Shown in pieces: positions 18,804-28,026 of a stretch of 64,000 nt of DNA. Made by a program: the position numbers and the translations under genes. Below the pieces are notes generated by a model. That model worked only from the letters and a program-made list of their open reading frames with translations, had not been told where the DNA came from and did no database searches. Every line of letters begins with the position of its first letter. The first letter of the stretch is position 1. The DNA is from Thermoplasmata archaeon (lineage in GTDB: Archaea; Thermoplasmatota; Thermoplasmata; Lutacidiplasmatales; UBA184). Location: positions 4-64,003 of the forward strand of contig DASYYY010000005.1 of assembly GCA_035933635.1 (NCBI GenBank), given 5' to 3'.

Positions 18804-19820
18804 TCACCCGCTGAAGTAGCCCTTCGGGATCTTCAGATTCTCGATGGTCACGAGCTCGGCGACGGTCTTGTACTTCCCGATCGTCGAGGCCGTTCCGGGC
18901 GGCGCGTAGGAGGACTTCCAGGCGGTCCACGTCGTCCAGCTGTTGCAGCCCGAGCCGCCGTTGCAGTTCAGGTGGAACCAGAACGTCAGGCCCGCGGGCG
19001 AGGAGTACGGGTCCGGCTGCCAGTAGGTCGTGTTGCCGTAGACCTCCTCGTAGTCGGTGTAGTCGTAGTAGCCGCAGTAGAAGCCGGCCTGCTGAAGCCC
19101 CGGGTCCGTCGCGCCGGTGGCGCCCTTGAGGGCGAAGATCTGGGTGATGACCCCGGTGGAGGAGACGGTGTACTCCTCGAGCCAGGTGCCCGTCGACCCG
19201 CCGGTCGAGCCCGAAGTGGTGATCGCGAGCAGGTACTCCTGGCCCGGCGTCAGGGTCTGGTAGTTCGCCGAGTAGTGGTAGGTCGGCGAGCTGCACGTGC
19301 CGGTGGTGTAGGAGTAGACGAGTCCCCAGGTTCCGTAGTCATCGGCGAAACCGATCTGGTCGTAGCTGCCGCCGTTGTCCCAGATCGACGTCAGGACGTA
19401 GTAGAACTGGCTGCTGTCGGGCGTGGCGGCGCTCGGAACGGTGATCTCCGAAAGGACCCAGGTGTTGTTGACCGCGGAGCCGCTGTAGACGCTGCCGGCG
19501 TAGAAGTGGCCGCCGTAGGTGATCGGCGCCGCCGGCGCGTTGCGCAGCGACGCGACGGGCGGAGGGATGACCTTGCCGTCGACCTGCGGGTACGACTGGC
19601 CGGCCGTCCAGCTCAGCATCGACGGGTCGACATTGGTGTAGGACTGGCCCTTGACGGCGCCGGGCAGCACGGGGACCGGCGGAGTGCCTTCCGCGGTCCG
19701 GCTGCTCTGGTGCGTCGACTGGGGGGTCACGCGCACGACGTTCCCCGCGATCGCTACACCCAGTACGATGACGCCGACGGCCAACGCCATTAACGCGATT
19801 ACACTCGTTCTCCCCTTCAT
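18804..19820 (-). CDS. Secreted protein, possible divergent G1 (glutamic peptidase)-fold protein
   Basis: Signal peptide, Pro-rich pro-like region, HFYAG...SEITVP...SYDQIGF...TPGQ...DYEEVY. Confidence 0.65.
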   Translation of the reverse strand: MKGRTSVIALMALAVGVIVLGVAIAGNVVRVTPQSTHQSSRTAEGTPPVPVLPGAVKGQSYTNVDPSMLSWTAGQSYPQVDGKVIPPPVASLRNAPAAPITYGGHFYAGSVYSGSAVNNTWVLSEITVPSAATPDSSQFYYVLTSIWDNGGSYDQIGFADDYGTWGLVYSYTTGTCSSPTYHYSANYQTLTPGQEYLLAITTSGSTGGSTGTWLEEYTVSSTGVITQIFALKGATGATDPGLQQAGFYCGYYDYTDYEEVYGNTTYWQPDPYSSPAGLTFWFHLNCNGGSGCNSWTTWTAWKSSYAPPGTASTIGKYKTVAELVTIENLKIPKGYFSG

Positions 19821-19967
19821 GGGACCTCGGCGCGGCATCGAGGTCCCCACTTCAATGCTTTGGCATGGAAAATTGACCTAGGGCCTCGACTCGAGCGTCC
19901 ACGCGCCGCGCCCGCCGTCTCACACTTCGTCGGAGCGTGAGCGGCTCCCGCGTCGCCCTTATGCGGA

Positions 19968-21095
19968 TTAGTGCGGAATCGGCGCGCGCGGCCGGAGCGA
20001 TTCCACCGCGCGCGGGAACGCCTCGGCGAACCGGGCGATGTCGTCGGGGGAGTTCGAGAAGGACGCCCGGATGAACTCGCCCCCGTGGGCCGGCGAGAGG
20101 TAGTTCCCGGCGCGTAGGAAAACGCCGTGCGTACGCAGGAGCTCCTCCTGTAGCCGCTCCGGGGTGATCCCGGTCCGATGGATGTCGATGCCGAACATGT
20201 TCGCTTGGGAAGGGAACACGGGCAGCTCGGTCCCCTCGACCGCGCCGACGACGTCGCGAATGCGGGCCTGATTGGCCCGGGTCTGCCGGAGCACCGCGTC
20301 GATCCACTGCGGCTTGGTCCGCAGCAGCTCGACGGCCGCGCGTTGCGCAAAGATGTTGACGCCGAGGTCGTTCGTGTTGAAGCGGGCGATCCTAGCGACC
20401 AGTTGCTTGGGGCCCATGAGGCCGCCGAGCCTCAGGCCGGCGATCCCGCAGTTCTTGGAGACCGACCATACGGTGATCGTCTCCTCCGGGGCGAACTGGG
20501 AGGCGAGCGTGTGGGATTCGGGGAAGTCGCGGTAGGTCACGTCGTTGAGCAGCCACAGGTGCCGGTCGTGGGCGATCTCGGCGATCGCGCGCACCTCCTC
20601 GCGCGGGTACCCCGACCCGAGCGGGTTGAGCGGGTCGATGAGGAGGATCATGCGGGTCTTCGGGGTTATCGCCGCCTGGACCCGCTCGGCGGTCAGCCGG
20701 TAGGGGGGACGGTAGATGTCGAGGTTGAGGGTCTTGGCGCCGGCAAGCTCGACGAATTTGTGGATGATGAGATAGGACGGGTCGGAGGCGACGACCTCGT
20801 CGCCGGCACCGAGCAGCGCCCGCGTGAGCATGTAGAGTGCCTCGGTCCCGCCCGCACTGAGCTGGAAGCCGTAGTCGGCCGGGTGGCCGAAATCCTTCAG
20901 CACGAGCTCGCGGAGTTCGGCAAGCCCGGGGGCGTAGGGGTAGCCTTCGTAGACCCGTTCCGTGAGCGCCGCCTCGACCGCCGCCCGGGTATGCTCGGGC
21001 GGGACGAGGTGGTTGGTGTTCTGGCTCATCCAGACGACTTCGGTCCGGTGCTCGTGCGCGTAGCGGAAGGCGTCGAACGGCGGGGCGCTCGCCAT
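19968..21095 (-). CDS. PLP-dependent aminotransferase class I/II
   Basis: GGTEAL, DPLNPLG, DVTY, SVSKNCGIAGLRLG (PLP lysine), IRASF. Confidence 0.92.
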   Translation of the reverse strand: MASAPPFDAFRYAHEHRTEVVWMSQNTNHLVPPEHTRAAVEAALTERVYEGYPYAPGLAELRELVLKDFGHPADYGFQLSAGGTEALYMLTRALLGAGDEVVASDPSYLIIHKFVELAGAKTLNLDIYRPPYRLTAERVQAAITPKTRMILLIDPLNPLGSGYPREEVRAIAEIAHDRHLWLLNDVTYRDFPESHTLASQFAPEETITVWSVSKNCGIAGLRLGGLMGPKQLVARIARFNTNDLGVNIFAQRAAVELLRTKPQWIDAVLRQTRANQARIRDVVGAVEGTELPVFPSQANMFGIDIHRTGITPERLQEELLRTHGVFLRAGNYLSPAHGGEFIRASFSNSPDDIARFAEAFPRAVESLRPRAPIPH

Positions 21096-21377
21096 GTGGT
21101 TCAACCCGCGACGGGCGGACCCGCTAAAACACTTGGCTGTCGAAGCCCCACGTCCCGTCAGGATGCGACGGGGTCACGGCGTGGATCCGTTGGTGTCCTT
21201 CGATCGCCGATGCGAAACCCGCACGCAGGGCTTGCGAGGCCGAAGGTCGACTCAAGACGCATCGTGCCTCGCCCCGAGTTCCGTGGCTAGGGCGCTCCGG
21301 TTCGATTCGGTGGAAACTCTCCCACCGGGGATCTCGCGCTCAACTGCCCGGACGCTCGCGTGGAAATCCCCAACCCC

Positions 21378-22295
21378 TCAGTACACCGTGATACGTGCGA
21401 ACACCACGATGGCAGACCCTGCATCTTTGATGTGGACCACGTAGCTCCCGGGTCGAAGCGGGGTCCCGTTGGAGTAGGTGAGGGGCAAGGTCGCGTTGAA
21501 GGTACCGGCCCCCGAAGGTGTGGCCAGGCACTTCGTATTCAGCTCGGTCCCCGTCGCCGTCTCGACGATCAACTTGAAGATCGTACCGGAGACGTTGCCC
21601 TGCAAGTCCAACGTATAGTTCGAACCCGCGGGTTGCCGGGTTCCGCTTGCCGCGAAGGCGTGGACCCACGGTGCGGCGTAGAAGGTCGTGGGTTGCTGCG
21701 TCGTGTTCCCCGTGTTGACCGAGTGGCTCCACGGGCCGGTTTGGGTCTTTCCGCCCTGTCCGTTCTGCTGGACCACCCACCGCCATTGGAATTGGATCTG
21801 GACGGTCCCGTACGGTGAGGCGGTCGTGACAGCGAGCCAACCGCTCGAGAGGTCCGCGTTCTTCGGCGAGAACGTGATTGGTGACGAGAGAGTTCGGTTC
21901 GTCGATACGGGGGGAGACCACCCACCGTGGGCCACCGAAACGTTCCGATGGAGGAACGTGAGCGACAGCGCGCTCCCACTGCTGAGGTGGAACGCCGCGG
22001 ACGCCGTCGGGATCGAGACCTGAACCGTCTGGCCCGCGGGCAGCCGGCTCAGTTGGTACTCATATTGCGCGGCAAGGACGTCTCCGGTATTCATCGAGCT
22101 CTGGTGGCCCGACGGCGGCGCGAGCGGAATGAGCAACGAATCCGGGGACGTCGACGCGTGCGGGGTACAATTGACCGCTGCTTCCAACTGGAAGGGAAGG
22201 ACGGCGCGGGTCCCCGGGGTCGGGGACCCCGAGAGGAGGACGCATGACGTTTGTGAGGCCAGCACCACCAACCACAGCACCGCGCGCGACGGCAC
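21378..22295 (-). CDS. Secreted Ser/Thr-rich hypothetical protein
   Basis: Within ORF 21378..22586; hydrophobic leader AVLWLVVLA, beta-rich sequence, several NxS/T sequons; start uncertain. Confidence 0.6.
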   Translation of the reverse strand: MPSRAVLWLVVLASQTSCVLLSGSPTPGTRAVLPFQLEAAVNCTPHASTSPDSLLIPLAPPSGHQSSMNTGDVLAAQYEYQLSRLPAGQTVQVSIPTASAAFHLSSGSALSLTFLHRNVSVAHGGWSPPVSTNRTLSSPITFSPKNADLSSGWLAVTTASPYGTVQIQFQWRWVVQQNGQGGKTQTGPWSHSVNTGNTTQQPTTFYAAPWVHAFAASGTRQPAGSNYTLDLQGNVSGTIFKLIVETATGTELNTKCLATPSGAGTFNATLPLTYSNGTPLRPGSYVVHIKDAGSAIVVFARITVY

Positions 22296-22566
22296 GCCCC
22301 ACGTTGATCGGTCCCCACGCGTTGCCTCCACTCCGGTTCCGGTCTCCACGGTCCCCACACCGAGCCGCGGGAGCGAGTCCGGATGCGTTAATCGCTCGCT
22401 TTCCGGAAGAACAGGGGCTATCCGGAGCAGAAGCGCGGAACCAGGTGCGGGCACGCGCGGGTCCATGGGCCGGGTAGGCGCGTGAGGGCGGGTCGAGACC
22501 CCGGTGTCGAACTTCCCCTCCCAACGTTCTTCGACCGAGGGTGGGGGATTCGCGCTAGCTGGAGGG

Positions 22567-23343
22567 TTACGCTTTCCCGGCTTCACCGAGGTACGTGGTC
22601 ACGATCCCGAAGGACTGCGCCTCCGCCACGGTCCGACCGAACCCCGCCTCCTGCATCATCCGGAGCATTCCGGAACGGTCGGGGAGGTGTCGTAGCGACT
22701 CGGGTAAGTAGCGGTAAGGGCCTTCGCTCTGGACCGCCTTCCCGAGCCACGGAACGACGTGATCGAAGTAGGAATGGAACATCCGGTTCATCATCGGTGA
22801 GACCGGCTCGGTGATCTCGAGCGTGAACACGGTCCCCCCGGATCGAAGAACTCTCCGGAACTCGCGGAAGGCTACCGGAAGGCTCGGGAGATTCCGGGCG
22901 ACGAACGCCGACATGACGAGGTCGAAGGAGGCGTCGCGGAACGGGAGTCGGCCCCCGTCGGCCCGAACGAGCCGCACCCGCGCACCCGTTGAGCTCCCTA
23001 CGGCCCGGAGATGAGCGTTCCGGAGCATCGCGGCGGTCACGTCGGAGCCGACCACCTCCGCGCCCGGGGCCCGGCCCGCGACCAGGAAGGTCAGTTCCCC
23101 CGGGCCGCATCCGATGTCGAGCACGCGCCCGATCGGCCGCCGTCGTCGGTACCGATCCACCGTCCACAGCGCCCGCGGGCGCCACAGGTAGTCCTGCCCC
23201 AGCGACGCGAGGTGGTCGAACCAATCGTATCGATCGGCGATGTGCGTGAACATCGCCCGAACGTCGCGCTGGAACTCCGGGGTGTCTCGGGAGGGGTAGG
23301 GCGAGCCGTCCCGGGCACGACGTACCTCGTCGGGGGGGCTCAT
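22567..23343 (-). CDS. ubiE: UbiE/MenG quinone biosynthesis C-methyltransferase
   Basis: VRAMFTHIADRYD, VLDIGCGPGE, LPFRDASFD, YRYLPESL; ATG overlaps the upstream stop (ATGA). Confidence 0.88.
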   Translation of the reverse strand: MSPPDEVRRARDGSPYPSRDTPEFQRDVRAMFTHIADRYDWFDHLASLGQDYLWRPRALWTVDRYRRRRPIGRVLDIGCGPGELTFLVAGRAPGAEVVGSDVTAAMLRNAHLRAVGSSTGARVRLVRADGGRLPFRDASFDLVMSAFVARNLPSLPVAFREFRRVLRSGGTVFTLEITEPVSPMMNRMFHSYFDHVVPWLGKAVQSEGPYRYLPESLRHLPDRSGMLRMMQEAGFGRTVAEAQSFGIVTTYLGEAGKA

Positions 23344-25808
23344 GTCGTGGGAGGGGGCGCTTCGGGCTTCGCCGGCGCGCCGGCCGCCGCCAACTCCCGC
23401 TCGAGCGCCTCGGCCTCGTAGACGAGCTCGCCCTTGAGCCGGAGCAGCCCGATGGCCTTCGCTGCCTCGAACTCGGTCCGGGCGACCGGCGCCTCGCCGC
23501 GGTGCAGCGTCAGTCGAGCCCGGCGGAACTGCGACTCCGCCGCCTCGGCCTCCAGGTGCAGGTCGCGGGCGAGCCGGAGCGCCTCGGAGTATTGCTCGAA
23601 GGCCTGGGCGAGCTTCCCTTCGCCCTCTTGGATCATCGCGTCGATCATCGTGAGCTGCTGGTTGGCGAACTGGTCGCCCAGCGGCTCGAGGACGGTCCGG
23701 GCCCGGTCGAGGGAGACCCGTGCCTCGGGCAGCTTGTGGAGCTCGACGTTGAACTGCGCCTGGTTCATCCGGCAGTAGCCGATCCAGATCCGCGAGTGGG
23801 AACGCTCCGCCGATTCGATCGCCCGGTCCAGGCAGTCGACGGCCTTGGGCATGTCCTGGTTGTTGTGGTGGAGCAGCGCTTCGTTCATCAGCACCCGGGC
23901 GTGGGCGATGTAGTCCTTCCCGTCCGAGAACAAGCGGACGGCGGATTCGTAGAGCTCGAGCGCCTCGGGAAGCCGCGCCTTCCCCTGGCTGACCAGCGTG
24001 TTGCCGAGGTCGATGAGCGCGTGTCCGCGCTCCCGGCTGTCCTCCTCCTTCTCGGCGAGCGCGATCTCCGCGCGCTGGTGGCGCTCGGCGTCGACGAGCT
24101 CGCCGACCCGCCAACAGGCGATCCCGAGCACGCGGTGGGCCACGAGCAGGCCGCGCTGGTTGCCCATCCGTTCGAGGATGGAGAACGCCTCGGAGGCGAG
24201 CGTGCGGGCGCTGGAGAACTCCCCCAGGTCGCCCCGGGTCCGGGCGAGCCACAGGAGCGCCAGGGCGAGCTGCGATTCGAGCTTCTTGTCGACCCGGGCC
24301 CGCTCGACGGCCTGTAGCAGCACCCCCTCGGAGCGTCGGAAATCCTCGTTCTCGTCGAGCACACGGCCCAGCTCGACCATGAGGTGGAGTTCGGTCGCCG
24401 CATCGGGGTCGGCCTGACGCCGCAGCGACTCCAGCGCCCGCTCCAGGTGCACCACGGCGGTGTCGTGGGCGTACGCCCGGCTCGCGAGCTCGGCGGCCCG
24501 ACGGTTGTACTCCACCGCCGAGGCGTCCTCGCGCGCGAGGTAGAACTGGCGGGCGAGCTCGAAGACGATCGCCGCGTCGGTGCGCCCGCGCCCCTCGAGG
24601 GCACGGGCGACCTTGCGATGGAGGATGCGTCGCCGGGTCTCGGTGAGCTGGGCGTAGGCCTCCGCCCGGATCCGCTCGCTGACGAACTCGTAGACCTCGC
24701 CGCCCTTCTCCCGGAACAGTCCGGAGTGCACGAGCCGGTCGACGCTCTCGGCGAGGCGCTCCTCCTCCTGACCGCCCACGGCGACGGCGAGGGTGGGGAA
24801 GTCGAACTCCTTGCCGAGCACCGTGGCGTAGATCAGTACCCGACGGTCACCCTCGGCCAGCGCGCGCGCCCGGGCTTGGAGCATCTCATCGAGGTCCTGG
24901 CCGGGGGGCGTCGCGGGCGCGGAGATCCCGGATCCGGGACCGGCGCTCGCCCGGACGACGTACTCCACGAAGAGCGGGTTGCCCTCGGTCTGGGTGTACC
25001 AGCGGAGCACGGCCTCCCGTCCGGGATCGCGTCCGTTGAGGATCCAGCGCGCGTACTCCGCCACCTCCGGCTCGGTCATCGGACGGACGGTCAGGCGGCT
25101 CGCGTGATCGCCGGTGACCAGCTGGTCGAGGAGCGGGGCCGTCCGCTGGGGGGTCTCGGCGCGGCTCGCGACGGTGGCGACGACGGCGAGCCGGGCCGCA
25201 CCGAGCGCCCGCGCGAGCGCAGCGAGGAACTCGAAGGAAGAGTCATCGGCGAGGTGGAGGTCGTCGATGGCGAGCAGGAGCGGGTCGCGTCGCGCGATGT
25301 CCAGGAAGTAGTCGGTGAGACGGTCGAGCAGGAGCGTTCGGCTCTCCTCCACGCGGGCCGGGGGTCCGGCAAGATAATCCAGGAGGTGACCGGCCTCGCC
25401 GAGACCACCGTCGCCTTCGGGGGACGGTCCGCCCGGCCCCCCCCGGTCGGTGTCGAACGGTGCCAGGAAGATGCCGAGGAAGGACGGGTCCTCCGGGGCG
25501 CCCTCGGTCGGCGCGACGCGGGCGGTGGCCACCGAGCGGAGCAGGTCCTGGACGAGGGCGAAGGGCTGAGGAAGGTCCGAAGGCAGCGCACGGCCCTCGG
25601 CCACCACGAACCCGCGCTGCCGGGCATCCTGGACGGTCTGTCGCAACAGCGTGCTCTTGCCCACACCCCCGGTCCCGGCCAAGAGGACGATCTGCCCCTC
25701 GGAGCGGCGGGTCTGCTCCAGCGTCGCCACCACGGCGTCGTGGATCTCGCTCCGGCCGAACAGCCGGGCCGCCCGCTCCGTCCGGACGGGTTGCTGGGAG
25801 ACCGCCAC
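23340..25808 (-). CDS. STAND-class P-loop ATPase with wHTH and TPR superhelix
   Basis: FGR, Walker A GTGGVGKST, Walker B LLLAIDDLH, GNPLFV (GxP), then VLGKEFD wHTH and TPR-like repeats. Confidence 0.85.
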   Translation of the reverse strand: MAVSQQPVRTERAARLFGRSEIHDAVVATLEQTRRSEGQIVLLAGTGGVGKSTLLRQTVQDARQRGFVVAEGRALPSDLPQPFALVQDLLRSVATARVAPTEGAPEDPSFLGIFLAPFDTDRGGPGGPSPEGDGGLGEAGHLLDYLAGPPARVEESRTLLLDRLTDYFLDIARRDPLLLAIDDLHLADDSSFEFLAALARALGAARLAVVATVASRAETPQRTAPLLDQLVTGDHASRLTVRPMTEPEVAEYARWILNGRDPGREAVLRWYTQTEGNPLFVEYVVRASAGPGSGISAPATPPGQDLDEMLQARARALAEGDRRVLIYATVLGKEFDFPTLAVAVGGQEEERLAESVDRLVHSGLFREKGGEVYEFVSERIRAEAYAQLTETRRRILHRKVARALEGRGRTDAAIVFELARQFYLAREDASAVEYNRRAAELASRAYAHDTAVVHLERALESLRRQADPDAATELHLMVELGRVLDENEDFRRSEGVLLQAVERARVDKKLESQLALALLWLARTRGDLGEFSSARTLASEAFSILERMGNQRGLLVAHRVLGIACWRVGELVDAERHQRAEIALAEKEEDSRERGHALIDLGNTLVSQGKARLPEALELYESAVRLFSDGKDYIAHARVLMNEALLHHNNQDMPKAVDCLDRAIESAERSHSRIWIGYCRMNQAQFNVELHKLPEARVSLDRARTVLEPLGDQFANQQLTMIDAMIQEGEGKLAQAFEQYSEALRLARDLHLEAEAAESQFRRARLTLHRGEAPVARTEFEAAKAIGLLRLKGELVYEAEALERELAAAGAPAKPEAPPPTT

Positions 25809-25811
25809 GTC

Positions 25812-27419
25812 CTACTCTTGGGCGCCGACGCCCTTTAACCCGCCGGCCGGGGTTCCCAGCGTCCCCGGATCGGACGAACCGGCGGGACCGATCCGCAGCT
25901 GCCGACCCAGCTCCTCCAGCCCGGGCACGAGCGACGGCCGCAGCACGGCGAGGTTGCGCGACTCCGCCCATTGGAGGGCTGCGCGGGCCCCGGGGATGTC
26001 CCGGGTCTTGTACAGGAGGCGCGCGAGACGGAACTCGCACTCGCCGGCGATCGCCTTCAGACCGAGCTGGTCGGCCCGCTCCGCGGCGAGCCGGTAGGCC
26101 TCGGCCGCCTCCTCCCACTGGCCGCGTCGCTCCGAGAAGAGCCCCTGGGTCTGGCTCAGGAGCTGGTTGCTCCGGGGGTCGACGATGCGCTCGAGGGCGC
26201 GCCGGGCCTGGGCGAGGTCGCGTTCCGCGGCCTCGACCTGGCCCAACCCGAGGTGGAACTCGACGCCGAGAAGGAGGGCTCGGGCCATGCCCTGCGGAGA
26301 GGCGGTCCGTTGGGCGACCGCGCGCGCCTTGGCGAGGATGTCGAGCGCCTCGACCGGGTCGGTCCGGCCGACGGCGACACCGAGGTTCGCCAGCGCCCGG
26401 TAGTAGGCGTACCGGGCATCGGTGCCCTCGAGGATCTCGACGGCGCGGCGGTACCATCGGATCGCATCCTCCTCGACCTCCGGTCCCATCACGGAGAACG
26501 CCAGCGCAATGTCGGTGCAGCATTCCCCGAGGGCGAACTTGTCCCCGGTGCGCTGGAGGAGGTCCAGGGCGACCATCGCCTCGTCCAGCGCGGTCGTGTA
26601 GTCGCCCTGCTCGTAGGCCATACGGCCGCGGACCCGATGGGCCGCGGCCTGGCCGCGCAGGTCGCCGGCCTCCGTCGCGATCTCCAGCGCCTCCTGTCCG
26701 AACCCCTGCGCATCGCCCGCGCGAGCCGACTCCCGCGCCATCGCCGCCCGTGCCAGGAGCACTCGAGCCCGCGCCTGGCGGTCCTTGACGGGGAGCCCAC
26801 CGAGGGCCGAAACGTAGGCCTGCTCGGCCGCCTCCGGGTTACCCCTGGTACGCTGGATGTCGCCGACCTGCTCGTTGATGCGGGCGAGCTGGGCGGTATG
26901 GTTGCCCGGCAGGAGCAGGAGGTCTCTCCGGGCCCGCTCGAAATGGTGCAGCGCGTTGTCCAGCTGGTGGTCGCGCAGCGCGTTCTCCCCCGCCCGGCGG
27001 TTGTACTCCCAGGCCTTCTGCGGCACCTTGCCCAAGAAGTAATGTCGGCCGAGCTCGGAGAGCACCGCGTCCGAGGGGCTCGGCTCGCGCCGCTCGAGCG
27101 TCTGGGCGATCTTCAAGTGCATCACCCGAAGGCGGCTCTCGATCATCGACTGGTAGACGAGCGCGCGGAACTCCTCGCTGACGAAGGCGAAGCGGCCGCC
27201 GCCGGACCGCTCGCGGAACACCCCCCGCTCGACCAACCGTTCGATCCGTTCCGCCAGTACCTCCGGGTCGCCCCCTAGGGCGTCGGAGAGCAGCTCGAAG
27301 TCGAACTCGGTGCCGATGGCGCTCGCATACGCGAGCGCACGGAAGCTCTCGGGATCGAGCTGGGTGAGGTCGACCGTCGCCGACCCCCCGGACGTCCGCG
27401 CCTCCCCGGTCGTGGCCAT
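25812..27419 (-). CDS. wHTH-TPR protein, ATPase-less paralogue of the downstream STAND protein
   Basis: Starts with ALAYASAIGTEFDF...FVSEEFR...MHLKIAQTLE, matching the post-NTPase part of 23340..25808; TPR-like repeats. Confidence 0.82.
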   Translation of the reverse strand: MATTGEARTSGGSATVDLTQLDPESFRALAYASAIGTEFDFELLSDALGGDPEVLAERIERLVERGVFRERSGGGRFAFVSEEFRALVYQSMIESRLRVMHLKIAQTLERREPSPSDAVLSELGRHYFLGKVPQKAWEYNRRAGENALRDHQLDNALHHFERARRDLLLLPGNHTAQLARINEQVGDIQRTRGNPEAAEQAYVSALGGLPVKDRQARARVLLARAAMARESARAGDAQGFGQEALEIATEAGDLRGQAAAHRVRGRMAYEQGDYTTALDEAMVALDLLQRTGDKFALGECCTDIALAFSVMGPEVEEDAIRWYRRAVEILEGTDARYAYYRALANLGVAVGRTDPVEALDILAKARAVAQRTASPQGMARALLLGVEFHLGLGQVEAAERDLAQARRALERIVDPRSNQLLSQTQGLFSERRGQWEEAAEAYRLAAERADQLGLKAIAGECEFRLARLLYKTRDIPGARAALQWAESRNLAVLRPSLVPGLEELGRQLRIGPAGSSDPGTLGTPAGGLKGVGAQE

Positions 27420-27644
27420 GTTGCCTGACGAAAATGGGAGGTGCCGAGCGATAAACTGTCGGGTACGCGGGTTGCGGCCCCTCCGGACCGGAGGAGCCCA
27501 CCCACCGGCGGATCCGACCCTTGTCGGATCCCCTCCGGGCCGCCTTCACCCTCCCCGAACGCAGGGCCGAACGGTTCCTCGGATCCCGGACCCGACGGAC
27601 CGCCGCGGTAACCCTTATGCGACCCCCCCGGCCTGCGGCGCGCC

Positions 27645-27914
27645 GTGAGCGGCCACCCGAGCGAGACCGAGCCGTTGGGCCCGGTCCGGATCGTCGCCGA
27701 CCTGCCGCTCCACCGTCAGCTGGTGTTCTTCGGGTTCGCCGCGGTCGCGATCCTCGGCGTCGTGTTCTACCTGTGGTGGGGGCTGAGCTTCGGGGTCTGG
27801 GTCGACAACGGCGTGTACGCGGTGGTGATCACCCTGCTCCTGTTCGGGCTGGCGGGCATGTGGCTGATGATGCCCAATCCGCCCCTTCCGCCCCCGCCTC
27901 CTGAGCACCCGTAG
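27645..27914 (+). CDS. Small two-TM membrane protein
   Basis: Two hydrophobic segments; CCTTAT TATA-like element about 30 bp upstream. Confidence 0.7.
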   Translation: MSGHPSETEPLGPVRIVADLPLHRQLVFFGFAAVAILGVVFYLWWGLSFGVWVDNGVYAVVITLLLFGLAGMWLMMPNPPLPPPPPEHP

Positions 27915-28026
27915 TTCCCCCGCTGGCGGGCGGACCGGGGCCCATCCGTCGGGCCGCAACTCGAAGCGATCACTCGGCCGGGCGGACGCTCCGGAGCTTC
28001 CCCGGGTCGGGCCGATCGGGGGACCA

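Noticed and set aside
22567..24252. Apparent 561-aa methyltransferase with long N-terminal extension
   Set aside because: The extension is an alternative frame of the STAND gene; ATG 23343 overlapping the upstream stop is the natural start.
23340..25808. Calling the STAND protein a BREX or Avs antiviral system
   Set aside because: No effector domain and no brx/pgl or other defence genes nearby; the context is housekeeping.
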